Below are positions 9,438-19,352 of a stretch of DNA of 64,000 nt, one piece after another. Below the pieces are notes generated by a model that was not told where the DNA came from, ran no database searches, and saw only the letters and a list, made by a program, of their open reading frames with translations. The position numbers and the translations under genes are program-made. The stretch lies in the NCBI GenBank assembly GCA_047284725.1, contig JBJBEO010000001.1, positions 1,560,203 through 1,624,202 on the forward strand. The letters run 5' to 3'. The DNA comes from Synechococcus sp. (GTDB taxonomy: Bacteria > Cyanobacteriota > Cyanobacteriia > PCC-6307 > Cyanobiaceae). Position 1 is the stretch's first letter; every line of letters starts with the position of its first letter.

Positions 9438-10358
9438 ATGGCCAGCGACCGCGTCGCCACCGATCGCCGCAGAGAGGTGAAACGAGTGCTGGTGACAGCC
9501 CTCGTCGTCAACCTCGCCATGACGGGGCTCAAGTTGCTGATTGGCCTTCTGAGCGGTTCCTTGGCTGTCATCGCGGATGCGATGCACAGCGCCACCGACG
9601 CGCTCTCCAGCCTGATGGGTCTCATCACGAATGGACTGTCAGATCCTCGTCCCGACCGCGACCATCCCTACGGCCACGACAAATACGAGGGTGTTGGAGC
9701 ACTCGCCATCGCGGGATTCATCCTCTTCACCGCGATTGAAATCCTGATTAAAGGAAGCGAGCGGATCCTTGAGGGCATTCCCCAGCTGCGGGTTAACAGC
9801 ATCGAGCTCCTGCTGCTGCTGGTTGTTCTGGTCTTCAACCTTGGATTGGCTCTCTACGAGCGTCGTGAGGGTCGAAGACTGCAGAGTCAGCTGCTGCTGG
9901 CAGATGCACGACACACCACCGCCGATATCTGGACAACGGTGATCGTGCTGTTGGGCCTCACAGGTGCCTGGTGGTTTCAGTGCAATTGGCTGGACGTCGC
10001 CTTGGCGCTTCCTCTCGCCTTGTTGCTGATCAGGGTGTGCTGGCAGGTCATCAGAAGCAATTTGCCTTGGCTGGTCGACCACATCGCCATCGCGCCGGAG
10101 GCCATTCATGAACAGGCCATGGGCGTCCCCGGGGTGATCAACTGCCACGACATCGCCAGTCGAGGCGTTCTCGGTCAACGGGTGTTTGTCGATATGCACA
10201 TGGTCGTGGACACCGATCATCTCCCCACTGCGCACGGCATTACAGAACAAGTGGAGGAGCGACTGGAACGGCGGTTCGGGCCGGTGCGCTGCACCATTCA
10301 CCTCGAACCCAAGGACTACGCCGAACAGGCGATCACCTTCCGCGGCACCCACGGCTGA
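9438..10358 (+). CDS. Cation diffusion facilitator (FieF-like) transporter
   Basis: Motifs SLAVIADAMHSATD, HPYGHDKYE, ADARHTTAD and a C-terminal IHLEP. Confidence 0.92.
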   Translation: MASDRVATDRRREVKRVLVTALVVNLAMTGLKLLIGLLSGSLAVIADAMHSATDALSSLMGLITNGLSDPRPDRDHPYGHDKYEGVGALAIAGFILFTAIEILIKGSERILEGIPQLRVNSIELLLLLVVLVFNLGLALYERREGRRLQSQLLLADARHTTADIWTTVIVLLGLTGAWWFQCNWLDVALALPLALLLIRVCWQVIRSNLPWLVDHIAIAPEAIHEQAMGVPGVINCHDIASRGVLGQRVFVDMHMVVDTDHLPTAHGITEQVEERLERRFGPVRCTIHLEPKDYAEQAITFRGTHG

Positions 10359-10445
10359 CTGGGCCGGTCGTCAGGGCGGCGCTTTCCGTCACCGCCACCC
10401 CCCCTGTGATGCGTCACACTTGCGCCTGACTGCAGGCCCCAGGCC

Positions 10446-10943
10446 ATGACTGATTCCTACGGAGAGTCCCAACAAGGTGGGGGACAGGCAGGCGGCGGCC
10501 GAGACGGCGCCCGTCGACGTGGCGGCAACCGAGAGGGTGGCGGCTTCCGCATTCGCTTGAGCGATAACGAGATGCGCTCGGTGAGGGCCCTTCAAGAGGC
10601 CTTCAACCTCCGTTCCACTGTCTCAGTGCTCGGCTTTGCTGTTCGAAGTCTTGGCCAGATGCTTGAGGACGGTCAGCTCGAGGCCCTGATTGAGCAGCAT
10701 CGTTCTCAGGCACCTCGCGGTGGAGAGCGTCGTCGCAGTGACGGTGATCGCGCCGGTGGCCGCCGAGATGGCGGTGGCCGTGGTCAGCGTCCTGATCCGT
10801 TTGCCCGACCCGCCAAGCCTGAGCCAGCTCCCGCCGCCGTGGCGGAGGACCCTGCTCCCGCCAGCACTGACGAGACGGCCACGGACCCTGTGAGCGACGG
10901 TCAGACCAACGAAGCATCAGCAGACACCACCACAGAGGCCTGA
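10446..10943 (+). CDS. Hypothetical protein with RHH-like core and RG-rich flanks
   Basis: Core FRIRLSDNEMRSVRALQEAFNLRSTVSVL. Ends 4 nt before trpS. Confidence 0.7.
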   Translation: MTDSYGESQQGGGQAGGGRDGARRRGGNREGGGFRIRLSDNEMRSVRALQEAFNLRSTVSVLGFAVRSLGQMLEDGQLEALIEQHRSQAPRGGERRRSDGDRAGGRRDGGGRGQRPDPFARPAKPEPAPAAVAEDPAPASTDETATDPVSDGQTNEASADTTTEA

Positions 10944-10947
10944 GGGG

Positions 10948-11961
10948 ATGCTCCAGTCGCGGGTTCTTTCCGGCGTTCAGCCCACTGGTGCCCTTCATCT
11001 GGGCAACTGGCTGGGCGCCATCCGCAACTGGGTGGATCTTCAACACGACCACGACACCTTCGTATGCGTGGTTGACCTTCATGCCATCACCGTTCCTCAC
11101 GACCCCCGACGGCTCGCAGAGGACACGCTGAGCACAGCAGCGTTGTATCTGGCCTGTGGAATCGACCCCAGGGTGAGCACAGTGTTCGTGCAAAGCCATG
11201 TGCCGGCCCACGCTGAACTGTGCTGGCTTCTGAACTGCGTCACTCCGCTCAATTGGCTGGAGCGGATGATCCAGTTCAAGGAAAAGGCTGTGAAGCAGGG
11301 TGACAACGTGTCGGTCGGCCTCCTCGACTACCCCGTGCTGATGGCCGCGGACATCCTTTTATATGACGCGGATCTCGTCCCGGTTGGCGAAGACCAGAAG
11401 CAACACTTGGAGTTGGCGCGAGACATCGCCCAACAACGCATCAATGCCCGGTTCGGCAGCACCGATGCCCCTGTGCTCAAGGTGCCCAAACCCATGATCC
11501 TCAAGGAGGGCGCCCGGGTGATGAGCTTGACCGACGGCCGCAGCAAGATGAGCAAGAGCGATCCCAATGACGCGAGCCGCATCACCCTTCTGGACCCTCC
11601 AGAATTAATTACCAAAAAAATCAAGCGCGCCAAAACCGACCCTCAGATGGGTCTGGAATTTGGGAACCCTGACCGACCTGAAACGGACAATCTGCTGGGC
11701 CTTTACGCAATCCTGAGCGGTCAAGGTCGTGAGGCTGCAGCCGAGGAATGCGCCGACATGGGATGGGGACGCTTCAAACCGCTGCTGGCTGAGGCGGCCG
11801 TCGAAGCGATCCAACCGATTCAGACGCGCTACCGCGAACTGATCAGCGATCGAACTGAGCTCGACCGTGTGCTGGCCCATGGCAAAGAGCGTGCTGATGC
11901 TGTTGCCGAAGCAACAGTTGCAAGAGTTCGCAGCAGCCTTGGCTTTCTTTCAGCCCCTTGA
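10948..11961 (+). CDS. trpS: Tryptophan--tRNA ligase
   Basis: Motifs SGVQPTGALHLGN, YPVLMAADIL and KMSKS. Confidence 0.97.
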   Translation: MLQSRVLSGVQPTGALHLGNWLGAIRNWVDLQHDHDTFVCVVDLHAITVPHDPRRLAEDTLSTAALYLACGIDPRVSTVFVQSHVPAHAELCWLLNCVTPLNWLERMIQFKEKAVKQGDNVSVGLLDYPVLMAADILLYDADLVPVGEDQKQHLELARDIAQQRINARFGSTDAPVLKVPKPMILKEGARVMSLTDGRSKMSKSDPNDASRITLLDPPELITKKIKRAKTDPQMGLEFGNPDRPETDNLLGLYAILSGQGREAAAEECADMGWGRFKPLLAEAAVEAIQPIQTRYRELISDRTELDRVLAHGKERADAVAEATVARVRSSLGFLSAP

Positions 11962-12241
11962 AACACGCCCCGGCACGGCGAATGGTCCAACGCCACTAAT
12001 CAGAGCAAACCCTTTTGAAAAGCTGCGCTGATCATTAAGACTTCCTGATTCATGTTGCGCCCCACGCCCGAACCGTGCAATGCGAACCCAGGACAGCAGG
12101 CGAGTCTCGTGGGTCTTGACCCAGCTTTTTGGTGAGCGTATTTGCCTAAACACACCGTCAAGCCAGCGTCAAGGGCCATCGCCACCCCCTCGCGAGGGAT
12201 CCAGGGAAGTGATCAGGGTGGCTGAGCCATGAACGGATTGT

Positions 12242-12940
12242 GTGCCGGTCGCTTTTCAACCATTGATCAGCCAGATCACCAGGAGCGTGATCAAAGTTGA
12301 TGTCCGCAGGGCTCTGTGGCCCGTGGCAGGCGTGGTTGGTGCATGCCTCCTCACTGGACAATCACTGCAGGCAGAGCGCTCCGCAGTGCGAGTTGAACAG
12401 GCCGAGAACGTGGAAGAGCGTCTGCAGGCCGATCAGCAGGCCTCAAGGATCGGTCAGACCGAGGGCCCTTACCAGATCACCCCAGAACGAAGAGCCCTCC
12501 TGAACACCATTCGTTATGCCGAGGGCACCTGGAAAGACGGCCGTGATCTGGGCTACCAAATCCTTTACGGAGGCGGTCAGTTCGCCGACCTCTCCCGCCA
12601 CCCGGACCGTGTTGTGGTGAGGCGCTATGCAAGTGCCGCTGCAGGTGCCTACCAATTCCTGCCGGCCACCTGGAAGCAAGTTGCTTTGGAACTGAAACTG
12701 GTGAGTTTTGAACCCCAGCATCAGGACCAAGCGGCGCTACGTCTGATCGAACGACGGGGGGCACTTGAAGAGGTCGATCGCAATGGCCTCACCAAAACAG
12801 CGATGCACCGTTTAGCCCCTGAGTGGGCCTCCTTCCCAACCCACCGCGGCACCAGTGCCTACGGTCAACCCGTTAAAAGTCATGCGGAACTGGCCAAGTT
12901 CTACAGCGAGAATCTTCGCCAGATTCGTGTGGGCGCCTGA
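12242..12940 (+). CDS. Lambda-lysozyme-like muramidase (GH104), probably exported; start uncertain
   Basis: Motifs RALLNTIRYAEGT, SAAAGAYQFL, FEPQHQD.AA and LAPEWASFP, with a hydrophobic N-terminal segment. Confidence 0.88.
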   Translation: MPVAFQPLISQITRSVIKVDVRRALWPVAGVVGACLLTGQSLQAERSAVRVEQAENVEERLQADQQASRIGQTEGPYQITPERRALLNTIRYAEGTWKDGRDLGYQILYGGGQFADLSRHPDRVVVRRYASAAAGAYQFLPATWKQVALELKLVSFEPQHQDQAALRLIERRGALEEVDRNGLTKTAMHRLAPEWASFPTHRGTSAYGQPVKSHAELAKFYSENLRQIRVGA

Positions 12941-12955
12941 GCCTGTCTCCTGACC

Positions 12956-13306
12956 TCAATGCTGCGCCTGGGAGAGACGGGCCGCGAGCGCCCAAACCTC
13001 CGTGACCAGTTGATGCCATGGCTGCATGGCATCCATCGACACTGCCATCGCCTTGGGTGAGGCATCAATCAGGGCACGGGTTGCCATGATCGCTTTCTTT
13101 CCTTCGGTCAGGCGGCAGGCCATGGCCTCACGCTGATCCGCCGCCATCACGTCATCAGGGCAGATCGCAAGCAGCTCCTCTCCCCGATTGAACCAGCGGC
13201 TGAAGTCATTGAGAAGGGAATCAAGAAGACTCTCCAGCAAGGCACCCGCCTCCTCATCTCTTGCCCAATCGCCAGCGTCAGAGGGGTTCATTGGATGGGG
13301 GTGCAT
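12956..13306 (-). CDS. DUF2605 family protein
   Basis: LLESLLDSLLNDFSRWF...MQPWHQLVTEVW. Confidence 0.75.
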   Translation of the reverse strand: MHPHPMNPSDAGDWARDEEAGALLESLLDSLLNDFSRWFNRGEELLAICPDDVMAADQREAMACRLTEGKKAIMATRALIDASPKAMAVSMDAMQPWHQLVTEVWALAARLSQAQH

Positions 13307-13320
13307 GACACGCCCATAAG

Positions 13321-15162
13321 ATGGCTGCTGATGAGTCTGAACCGGTGAGCAGCGCTGCAGTGACCGCCCCCGAGTCCAATCCGACGGTCAACGAGACAGT
13401 GGCGCTTCCCAAGACCAGTGAAAGCGATGCATTGCTCCGCATTCGCCACTCCATGAGCCATGTGATGGCCATGGCAGTTCAGAAACTCTTCCCTCAGGCC
13501 CAGGTGACCATCGGTCCGTGGACCGAGAGTGGGTTCTACTACGACTTCGACAGCCCGGACCCCTTCACGGAAGCAGATCTCAAGGCCATCCGCAAGGAGA
13601 TGATCAAGATCATCAACCGCAAGCTGCCGCTGGAGAGGATCGAGGTGAGCCGCGCTGAGGCGGAGGCCAAAATCAAGGCACAGAACGAGCCCTACAAACT
13701 CCAGATCCTTGCGGGGATCCAGGAACCGATCACCCTCTACACCCTTGGCAATGAATGGTGGGATCTTTGCGCCGGCCCCCACGTCGCCAACACCAGTGAG
13801 CTCAATGCCAAGGCCTTCGAGCTCGAAAGTGTGGCCGGTGCCTACTGGCGCGGCGATGAAAACAATGCCCAACTGCAACGCATCTATGGCACAGCCTGGG
13901 AAACCCCCGAGCAGCTAGCCGAGCACAAGCGCCGCAAGGACGAAGCTCTACGGCGTGACCATCGCCGAATCGGCACGGATCTCGACCTCTTTTCCATCGA
14001 AGATGAGGCGGGAGCGGGTCTGGTGTTCTGGCACCCACGCGGTGCTCGCATGCGCCTGCTGATCGAGGATTTCTGGCGTCAGGCTCACTTCGATGGGGGG
14101 TACGAGCTGCTGTATACACCCCACGTGGCCGACATCAGCCTCTGGAAAACGTCAGGACACCTCGACTTCTACAGCGAGAGCATGTTTGGACCGATGGAGG
14201 TCGACGAGCGGGAATACCAGCTCAAACCGATGAACTGCCCATTTCACGTGCTCACCTACGCGAGCAAACTGCGCAGTTACCGGGAACTGCCGATTCGCTG
14301 GGCTGAACTCGGCACGGTTTACCGCTACGAACGACCTGGTGTCATGCATGGATTGATGCGGGTGCGTGGCTTCACCCAGGACGATGCCCATGTGTTCTGT
14401 CTCCCGGAGCAGATCAGCGATGAGATTCTCCGCATCCTTGACCTGACGGAACGGATTCTCTCCACCTTTGACTTCCGCAATTACGAGATCAACCTCTCAA
14501 CGCGGCCTGAGAAATCGATCGGGGAAGACGCTGTGTGGGAGCTGGCCACCCAGGGCTTGATTGAAGCGCTCGACCGCAAAGGCTGGGCCTACAAAGTTGA
14601 TGAGGGAGGTGGGGCCTTCTACGGCCCCAAGATCGACCTCAAGATCGAAGATGCCATCGGCCGTCTGTGGCAGTGCTCCACCATTCAGCTCGACTTCAAC
14701 CTGCCTGAACGGTTCAGCCTCGATTACGTCGCCGACAACGGATCCAAGCAAAGGCCGATCATGATCCACCGAGCGATTTTCGGCTCACTGGAGCGATTCT
14801 TCGGAATCATGACGGAGAACTACGCAGGTGATTACCCCTTCTGGCTCGCTCCTGAGCAGATCCGCCTTCTGCCTGTGACTGATGAAGTTCAGGATTACGC
14901 CGAGAGCCTTCTCCAGCAGCTCACGGCAGCTGGAGTTCGCGCCACTGTCGATCGCAGCGGCGATCGTCTGGGCAAGCTGATTCGCACCGGTGAAAAGATG
15001 AAAATCCCTGTTCTGGCGGTGATTGGTGCCAAGGAGGCCGCCCAAGGTGGTGCCAACCTCCGTAGCCGTCGCGATGGCGATCTCGGTCTGGTCAACGCTG
15101 AAACCCTCCTCCATGCTGCCCAAGCGGCCAACAACCAGCGCAGCGCAGGTCTTTCTGTATGA
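13321..15162 (+). CDS. thrS: Threonine--tRNA ligase (cyanobacterial type)
   Basis: Motifs RHSMSH, DLCAGPH, KPMNCP, RVRGFTQDDAH and MIHRAIFGSLERF. Confidence 0.97.
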   Translation: MAADESEPVSSAAVTAPESNPTVNETVALPKTSESDALLRIRHSMSHVMAMAVQKLFPQAQVTIGPWTESGFYYDFDSPDPFTEADLKAIRKEMIKIINRKLPLERIEVSRAEAEAKIKAQNEPYKLQILAGIQEPITLYTLGNEWWDLCAGPHVANTSELNAKAFELESVAGAYWRGDENNAQLQRIYGTAWETPEQLAEHKRRKDEALRRDHRRIGTDLDLFSIEDEAGAGLVFWHPRGARMRLLIEDFWRQAHFDGGYELLYTPHVADISLWKTSGHLDFYSESMFGPMEVDEREYQLKPMNCPFHVLTYASKLRSYRELPIRWAELGTVYRYERPGVMHGLMRVRGFTQDDAHVFCLPEQISDEILRILDLTERILSTFDFRNYEINLSTRPEKSIGEDAVWELATQGLIEALDRKGWAYKVDEGGGAFYGPKIDLKIEDAIGRLWQCSTIQLDFNLPERFSLDYVADNGSKQRPIMIHRAIFGSLERFFGIMTENYAGDYPFWLAPEQIRLLPVTDEVQDYAESLLQQLTAAGVRATVDRSGDRLGKLIRTGEKMKIPVLAVIGAKEAAQGGANLRSRRDGDLGLVNAETLLHAAQAANNQRSAGLSV

Positions 15163-15554
15163 GCGACACCACCATCCGCACGCTGGCTGATTTCGGCAGC
15201 CTCCGCTCCGCACCATCTCTCCAACCTCACCAACGCCTGGCCCTGACCCGAGAGCTGGTGGAGGCGATGACCGCGTTCGACTGGTTCACCGTCGGCATCA
15301 TGGCCCCCTCCTCTCACGCCGCCTTGATTTCCCTGCGCAGCCTTGAACAGTCTCTGCAATGGGATGGGATGCGTCAGGAGACTGAGCTATCGACGCCAGA
15401 CCCCGTGTTCCTCAAGGCCAATCAGTCAACGGGCCTGATTCGCATCCGTGTGGAGCATGGTTTGGGCGAGGGCGTGCTGATCAGCGGTCACAGCCATGCC
15501 CCGGAGCAAGACGGCACCACTTGGGGCCCCTTTCCCCTTGATTTCTTTGCTTAA
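15159..15554 (+). CDS. DUF1824 family protein
   Basis: WFTVGIMAPS, VFLKANQ and GPFPLDFF. ATGA overlap with thrS. Confidence 0.75.
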   Translation: MSDTTIRTLADFGSLRSAPSLQPHQRLALTRELVEAMTAFDWFTVGIMAPSSHAALISLRSLEQSLQWDGMRQETELSTPDPVFLKANQSTGLIRIRVEHGLGEGVLISGHSHAPEQDGTTWGPFPLDFFA

Positions 15555-15624
15555 AACCCAGCCATTGGCTTGCGGTTTGCAGCCGTGACAAGCAGCCTGA
15601 AGGCTGCGGCATAGGGCCTTCAGA

Positions 15625-16680
15625 ATGGCGTCCAACACCTTTCTGGCAGGCGATCTGGGGGGAACTAAAACGCTCCTCTCGATTTATGGGCAATGCGACG
15701 GTGTCCTGCAACCTCTGTTCAGTCAGCGTTACGTCTCCAGAGAGTGGCCTAGCCTTGAAACGATGCTGAAAGGCTTTCTGGCGAAGGTGCCTGACACCCT
15801 GCCGACGCCTGCCACCAGCTGCGTTGCCGTTGCGGGTCCGGTTCGCGGTGGGTCCGCCAAGCTGACCAACCTGCCGTGGGAGTTGAGCGAGCACTCCCTT
15901 TGCGAGGCCACAGGACTGGTCAAACTGGAACTGGTGAATGATTTCGCCGTCTTGATCCACGGCCTCCCCCACTTCACTGCAACCCAGCAGGTGATGCTTC
16001 AGGCTGGCGAAGGCAACCCCTCAGAGACCAGAGTCCCCGAACAACCGGTGGCCATCCTTGGTGCAGGAACAGGACTGGGGATGGCTCGGGGCATCCCTGG
16101 ACAAGGGGGCTGGATGGCCTTGGCCAGTGAGGGCGGCCACCGTGAATTCGCTCCACGCACCGAGGCTGAATGGAATCTGGCCTGCTGGCTGAAGGCCGAC
16201 CTGGATCTGCATCGGCTCTCTGTGGAACGGGTCGTCAGCGGCACAGGCCTGGGGCACGTGATGCGATGGCGCTTACAGCAGCCGGATGGGGCTGGCCATC
16301 AACTCCGGGCCGCTGCGGATGCATGGCGGTCGTTACCAGTGGATGCGACCGACTACCAAGACCTGCCGGCACTGGTGGGACAAGCAGCCCAGGCAGGAGA
16401 TCCCGTGGCCAGAAGCGCCCTTGACCTTTGGCTCGGAGCGTATGGCTCAGCCGCAGGAGACCTGGCACTGCAGGAGTTATGCACTGGAGGACTGTGGATT
16501 GGCGGGGGAACCGCCGCCAAACAGATTCAAGGCCTGCAATCAGCCGCCTTTCTTGAACCGATGCGCAGCAAAGGACGCTTCAGGCCGTTCATTGAACGCC
16601 TACGGATCAACGCCGTGGTGGATGCCAATGCCGGGCTGTTCAGTGCCGCCTGCAGAGCCAGAGATCTGGCCATGGCTTGA
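15625..16680 (+). CDS. glk: Glucokinase
   Basis: Motifs LAGDLGGTKT, LVNDF, GAGTGLG, SEGGH and ERVVSGTGL. Confidence 0.93.
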   Translation: MASNTFLAGDLGGTKTLLSIYGQCDGVLQPLFSQRYVSREWPSLETMLKGFLAKVPDTLPTPATSCVAVAGPVRGGSAKLTNLPWELSEHSLCEATGLVKLELVNDFAVLIHGLPHFTATQQVMLQAGEGNPSETRVPEQPVAILGAGTGLGMARGIPGQGGWMALASEGGHREFAPRTEAEWNLACWLKADLDLHRLSVERVVSGTGLGHVMRWRLQQPDGAGHQLRAAADAWRSLPVDATDYQDLPALVGQAAQAGDPVARSALDLWLGAYGSAAGDLALQELCTGGLWIGGGTAAKQIQGLQSAAFLEPMRSKGRFRPFIERLRINAVVDANAGLFSAACRARDLAMA

Positions 16681-16749
16681 CAACAGTTTCGACAGATCGT
16701 CTGCCTCCGGCCTCTCAGGTGAGACACTGGCCTGAACAGGACAGCGAGG

Positions 16750-17712
16750 ATGGTGCAACCGCGCATCGGCCAGTCTGTGGTTGTGGATGTTCCTGCGACC
16801 ACAGCCAACATCGGACCAGGTTTTGATTGCTTGGGTGCAGCCCTCGACCTCAACAACCGCTTCACCATGCGCCGGATTGAGGGTGATGGTGAGCGCTTTG
16901 AGTTGATCATTGAGGGACAAGAAGGGAGTCACCTGCGAGGAGGCCCCGACAACCTCGTCTATCGCGCTGCCCAGAGAGTCTGGAAAGCCGCCGGAGAGGA
17001 ACCGGTTGCGCTAGAGGCGCGCGTTCGCCTGGCTGTTCCTCCCGCACGGGGCCTGGGGAGCAGTGCCACCGCGATCGTGGCCGGTCTGGTAGGTGCCAAT
17101 GCGCTCGTGGGTGAGCCCCTCAGTCGCGAAAAATTGCTGGAACTGGCGATCGACATCGAGGGGCACCCCGACAATGTCGTCCCCTCCTTGCTCGGAGGGT
17201 TGTGCATGACAGCCAAAGCAGCTTCCCAGCGCTGGCGAGTGGTTCGATGCGAATGGGTTCCCGGCGTGAAAGCCGTCGTGGCCATCCCTTCCATCCGCCT
17301 CAGCACAAGTGAGGCCCGAAGAGCCATGCCCAAGGCCATACCCATTAGTGACGCGGTTGTGAATCTCGGGGCCCTCACCCTCCTGCTTCAGGGTCTGCGC
17401 ACCGGCAATGGCGACCTGATTGCCGATGGGATGCATGACCGACTCCACGAACCCTACCGATGGCGACTGATCAAAGGCGGGCAGGAGGTCCGTGAGGCTG
17501 CCCTCAGCGCTGGCGCTTGGGGTTGCGCGATCAGCGGTGCCGGCCCCAGCGTGCTGGCCCTCTGCCCTGAGGAAAACGGCCAGGCCGTCAGCCAGGCCAT
17601 GGTGCGGGCCTGGGAAGCTGCGGGCGTGGCCAGCCGCGCGCCCCTGCTCAATCTTCAAACCAATGGAAGCCACTGGCAGCCTGTGGAAGCTGACCGCACA
17701 ACAGCTAGGTAA
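16750..17712 (+). CDS. thrB: Homoserine kinase
   Basis: Motifs PATTANIGPGFD, PPARGLGSSA, EGHPDN and SGAGPS. Confidence 0.96.
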   Translation: MVQPRIGQSVVVDVPATTANIGPGFDCLGAALDLNNRFTMRRIEGDGERFELIIEGQEGSHLRGGPDNLVYRAAQRVWKAAGEEPVALEARVRLAVPPARGLGSSATAIVAGLVGANALVGEPLSREKLLELAIDIEGHPDNVVPSLLGGLCMTAKAASQRWRVVRCEWVPGVKAVVAIPSIRLSTSEARRAMPKAIPISDAVVNLGALTLLLQGLRTGNGDLIADGMHDRLHEPYRWRLIKGGQEVREAALSAGAWGCAISGAGPSVLALCPEENGQAVSQAMVRAWEAAGVASRAPLLNLQTNGSHWQPVEADRTTAR

Positions 17713-17769
17713 TTCCACTCAATCCAGGCTGAGCCCCTGATAAGTTCAGTAGCTTCGTTCACGACAGCC

Positions 17770-19341
17770 ATGGACGCCGATCTGCCGTTGAGTGCCGCGT
17801 CCGCAGAGGGTTTTCCCTGGCTGTCACTGATTGTTCTTCTCCCTGCAGCCGCGGCGCTGTTAATGCCCCTGTTGCCGGGCGATGACAAAACGCCATCACC
17901 CTGGCCACGCAACCTTGCTCTGGGCGTGCTGGCCATTGATTTCGCCTTGATGCTGGTGGCCTTCAGCCAGCATTTCGATTCGCAGGACTCATCCCTGCAG
18001 CTGGTGGAACGGCTGAGCTGGGTTCCGGCGATTGGCCTCGAGTGGTCAGTCGGCGCCGACGGTCTGTCGATGCCCCTGGTGGTGCTCAGCGGCCTGGTGA
18101 CGATGCTGTCAGTGGCTGCCAGCTGGAGAGTTCAGCACAAGGCCAAGCTCTATTTCGGTCTGCTGCTGTTGCAAGCCGCAGCGCAGGCCCTGGTCTTTCT
18201 CTCCCAGGATTTCCTGCTCTTCTTCCTGGCCTGGGAACTTGAACTGGTTCCGGTCTATCTCCTGATTGCGATCTGGGGCGGACAGAACCGCCAGTACGCC
18301 GCGACCAAATTCATCCTTTACACCGCGCTGGCATCACTGCTGATCCTGATCAGCGGTCTGGCCTTAGCCCTAGCTGGCGATTCTTTCACTCTCAACCTCA
18401 CTGAACTGGCAGCCCGCTCGCCAGGCGGCACCTTCGGACTTCTCTGTTACCTGGGATTCCTGGTGGGTTTTGGCGTGAAATTGCCGATGTTCCCCCTTCA
18501 CACCTGGTTGCCGGATGCTCACGGCGAAGCCAATGCGCCTGTTTCGATGCTGCTGGCAGGGGTGCTGCTGAAAATGGGCGGCTATGCCTTGCTCCGCTTC
18601 AACGTTCAGATGCTTCCAGACGCCCATCTAGTGCTGGCACCTGCGCTGATTGTTTTGGGGATCGTCAACATCATTTACGGCGCCCTGAATGCGTTCGCGC
18701 AAGACAACGTCAAACGCCGGATCGCCTGCAGTTCTGTCAGTCACATGGGCTTTGTGCTGGTCGGGATTGGCGCGATTGACGCACTCAGCATCAGTGGAGC
18801 GATGCTCCAGATGATCAGCCACGGCCTGATCGCTGCAGCCATGTTCTTCGTAACTGGCAGCTTCTATGAACGCACCAAAACCCTGTCGATTCCCAACATG
18901 GGCGGTCTGGCCAAGGTGTTGCCCATCACGTTCGCCTTCTTTCTGGCCAGCTCCCTCGCCTCCTTGGCCTTGCCGGGGATGAGCGGCTTCATCAGCGAAA
19001 TCACCATTTTCCTCGGGGTGACAAGTCAGACCGATTTCACCATCGGTTTCCGTGTGATCACCATCGTGGCCTCTGCCATCGGGCTGGTGCTCACTCCGAT
19101 CTATCTGCTCTCGATGTGCCGTCGCGTGTTCTTTGGACCGAGGATTCCGGCTCTCGCCTTCGTCGGCGACATGAATCCCCGTGAGTTGGTGATTGGCCTC
19201 ACCCTTCTGGTGCCCACGCTCACCATCGGTGTTTGGCCAAGGGTCGCGATGGATGTCTACGAGGCCTCCACCGATGCTCTCGCAGAAACGCTTTCAACCC
19301 ATAGCCTGATCGCACTCCACAATCTTCTGCCCCTGGGCTGA
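17770..19341 (+). CDS. ndhD: NAD(P)H-quinone oxidoreductase subunit 4 (NdhD)
   Basis: Motifs [31 protein letters not shown] and SSVSHMG. Confidence 0.95.
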   Translation: MDADLPLSAASAEGFPWLSLIVLLPAAAALLMPLLPGDDKTPSPWPRNLALGVLAIDFALMLVAFSQHFDSQDSSLQLVERLSWVPAIGLEWSVGADGLSMPLVVLSGLVTMLSVAASWRVQHKAKLYFGLLLLQAAAQALVFLSQDFLLFFLAWELELVPVYLLIAIWGGQNRQYAATKFILYTALASLLILISGLALALAGDSFTLNLTELAARSPGGTFGLLCYLGFLVGFGVKLPMFPLHTWLPDAHGEANAPVSMLLAGVLLKMGGYALLRFNVQMLPDAHLVLAPALIVLGIVNIIYGALNAFAQDNVKRRIACSSVSHMGFVLVGIGAIDALSISGAMLQMISHGLIAAAMFFVTGSFYERTKTLSIPNMGGLAKVLPITFAFFLASSLASLALPGMSGFISEITIFLGVTSQTDFTIGFRVITIVASAIGLVLTPIYLLSMCRRVFFGPRIPALAFVGDMNPRELVIGLTLLVPTLTIGVWPRVAMDVYEASTDALAETLSTHSLIALHNLLPLG

Positions 19342-19352
19342 AGCAAGACGGC

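Noticed and set aside
12242..12940. Prophage lysis gene
   Set aside because: No holin, structural or integrase genes nearby; it sits among core genes with host-like composition.
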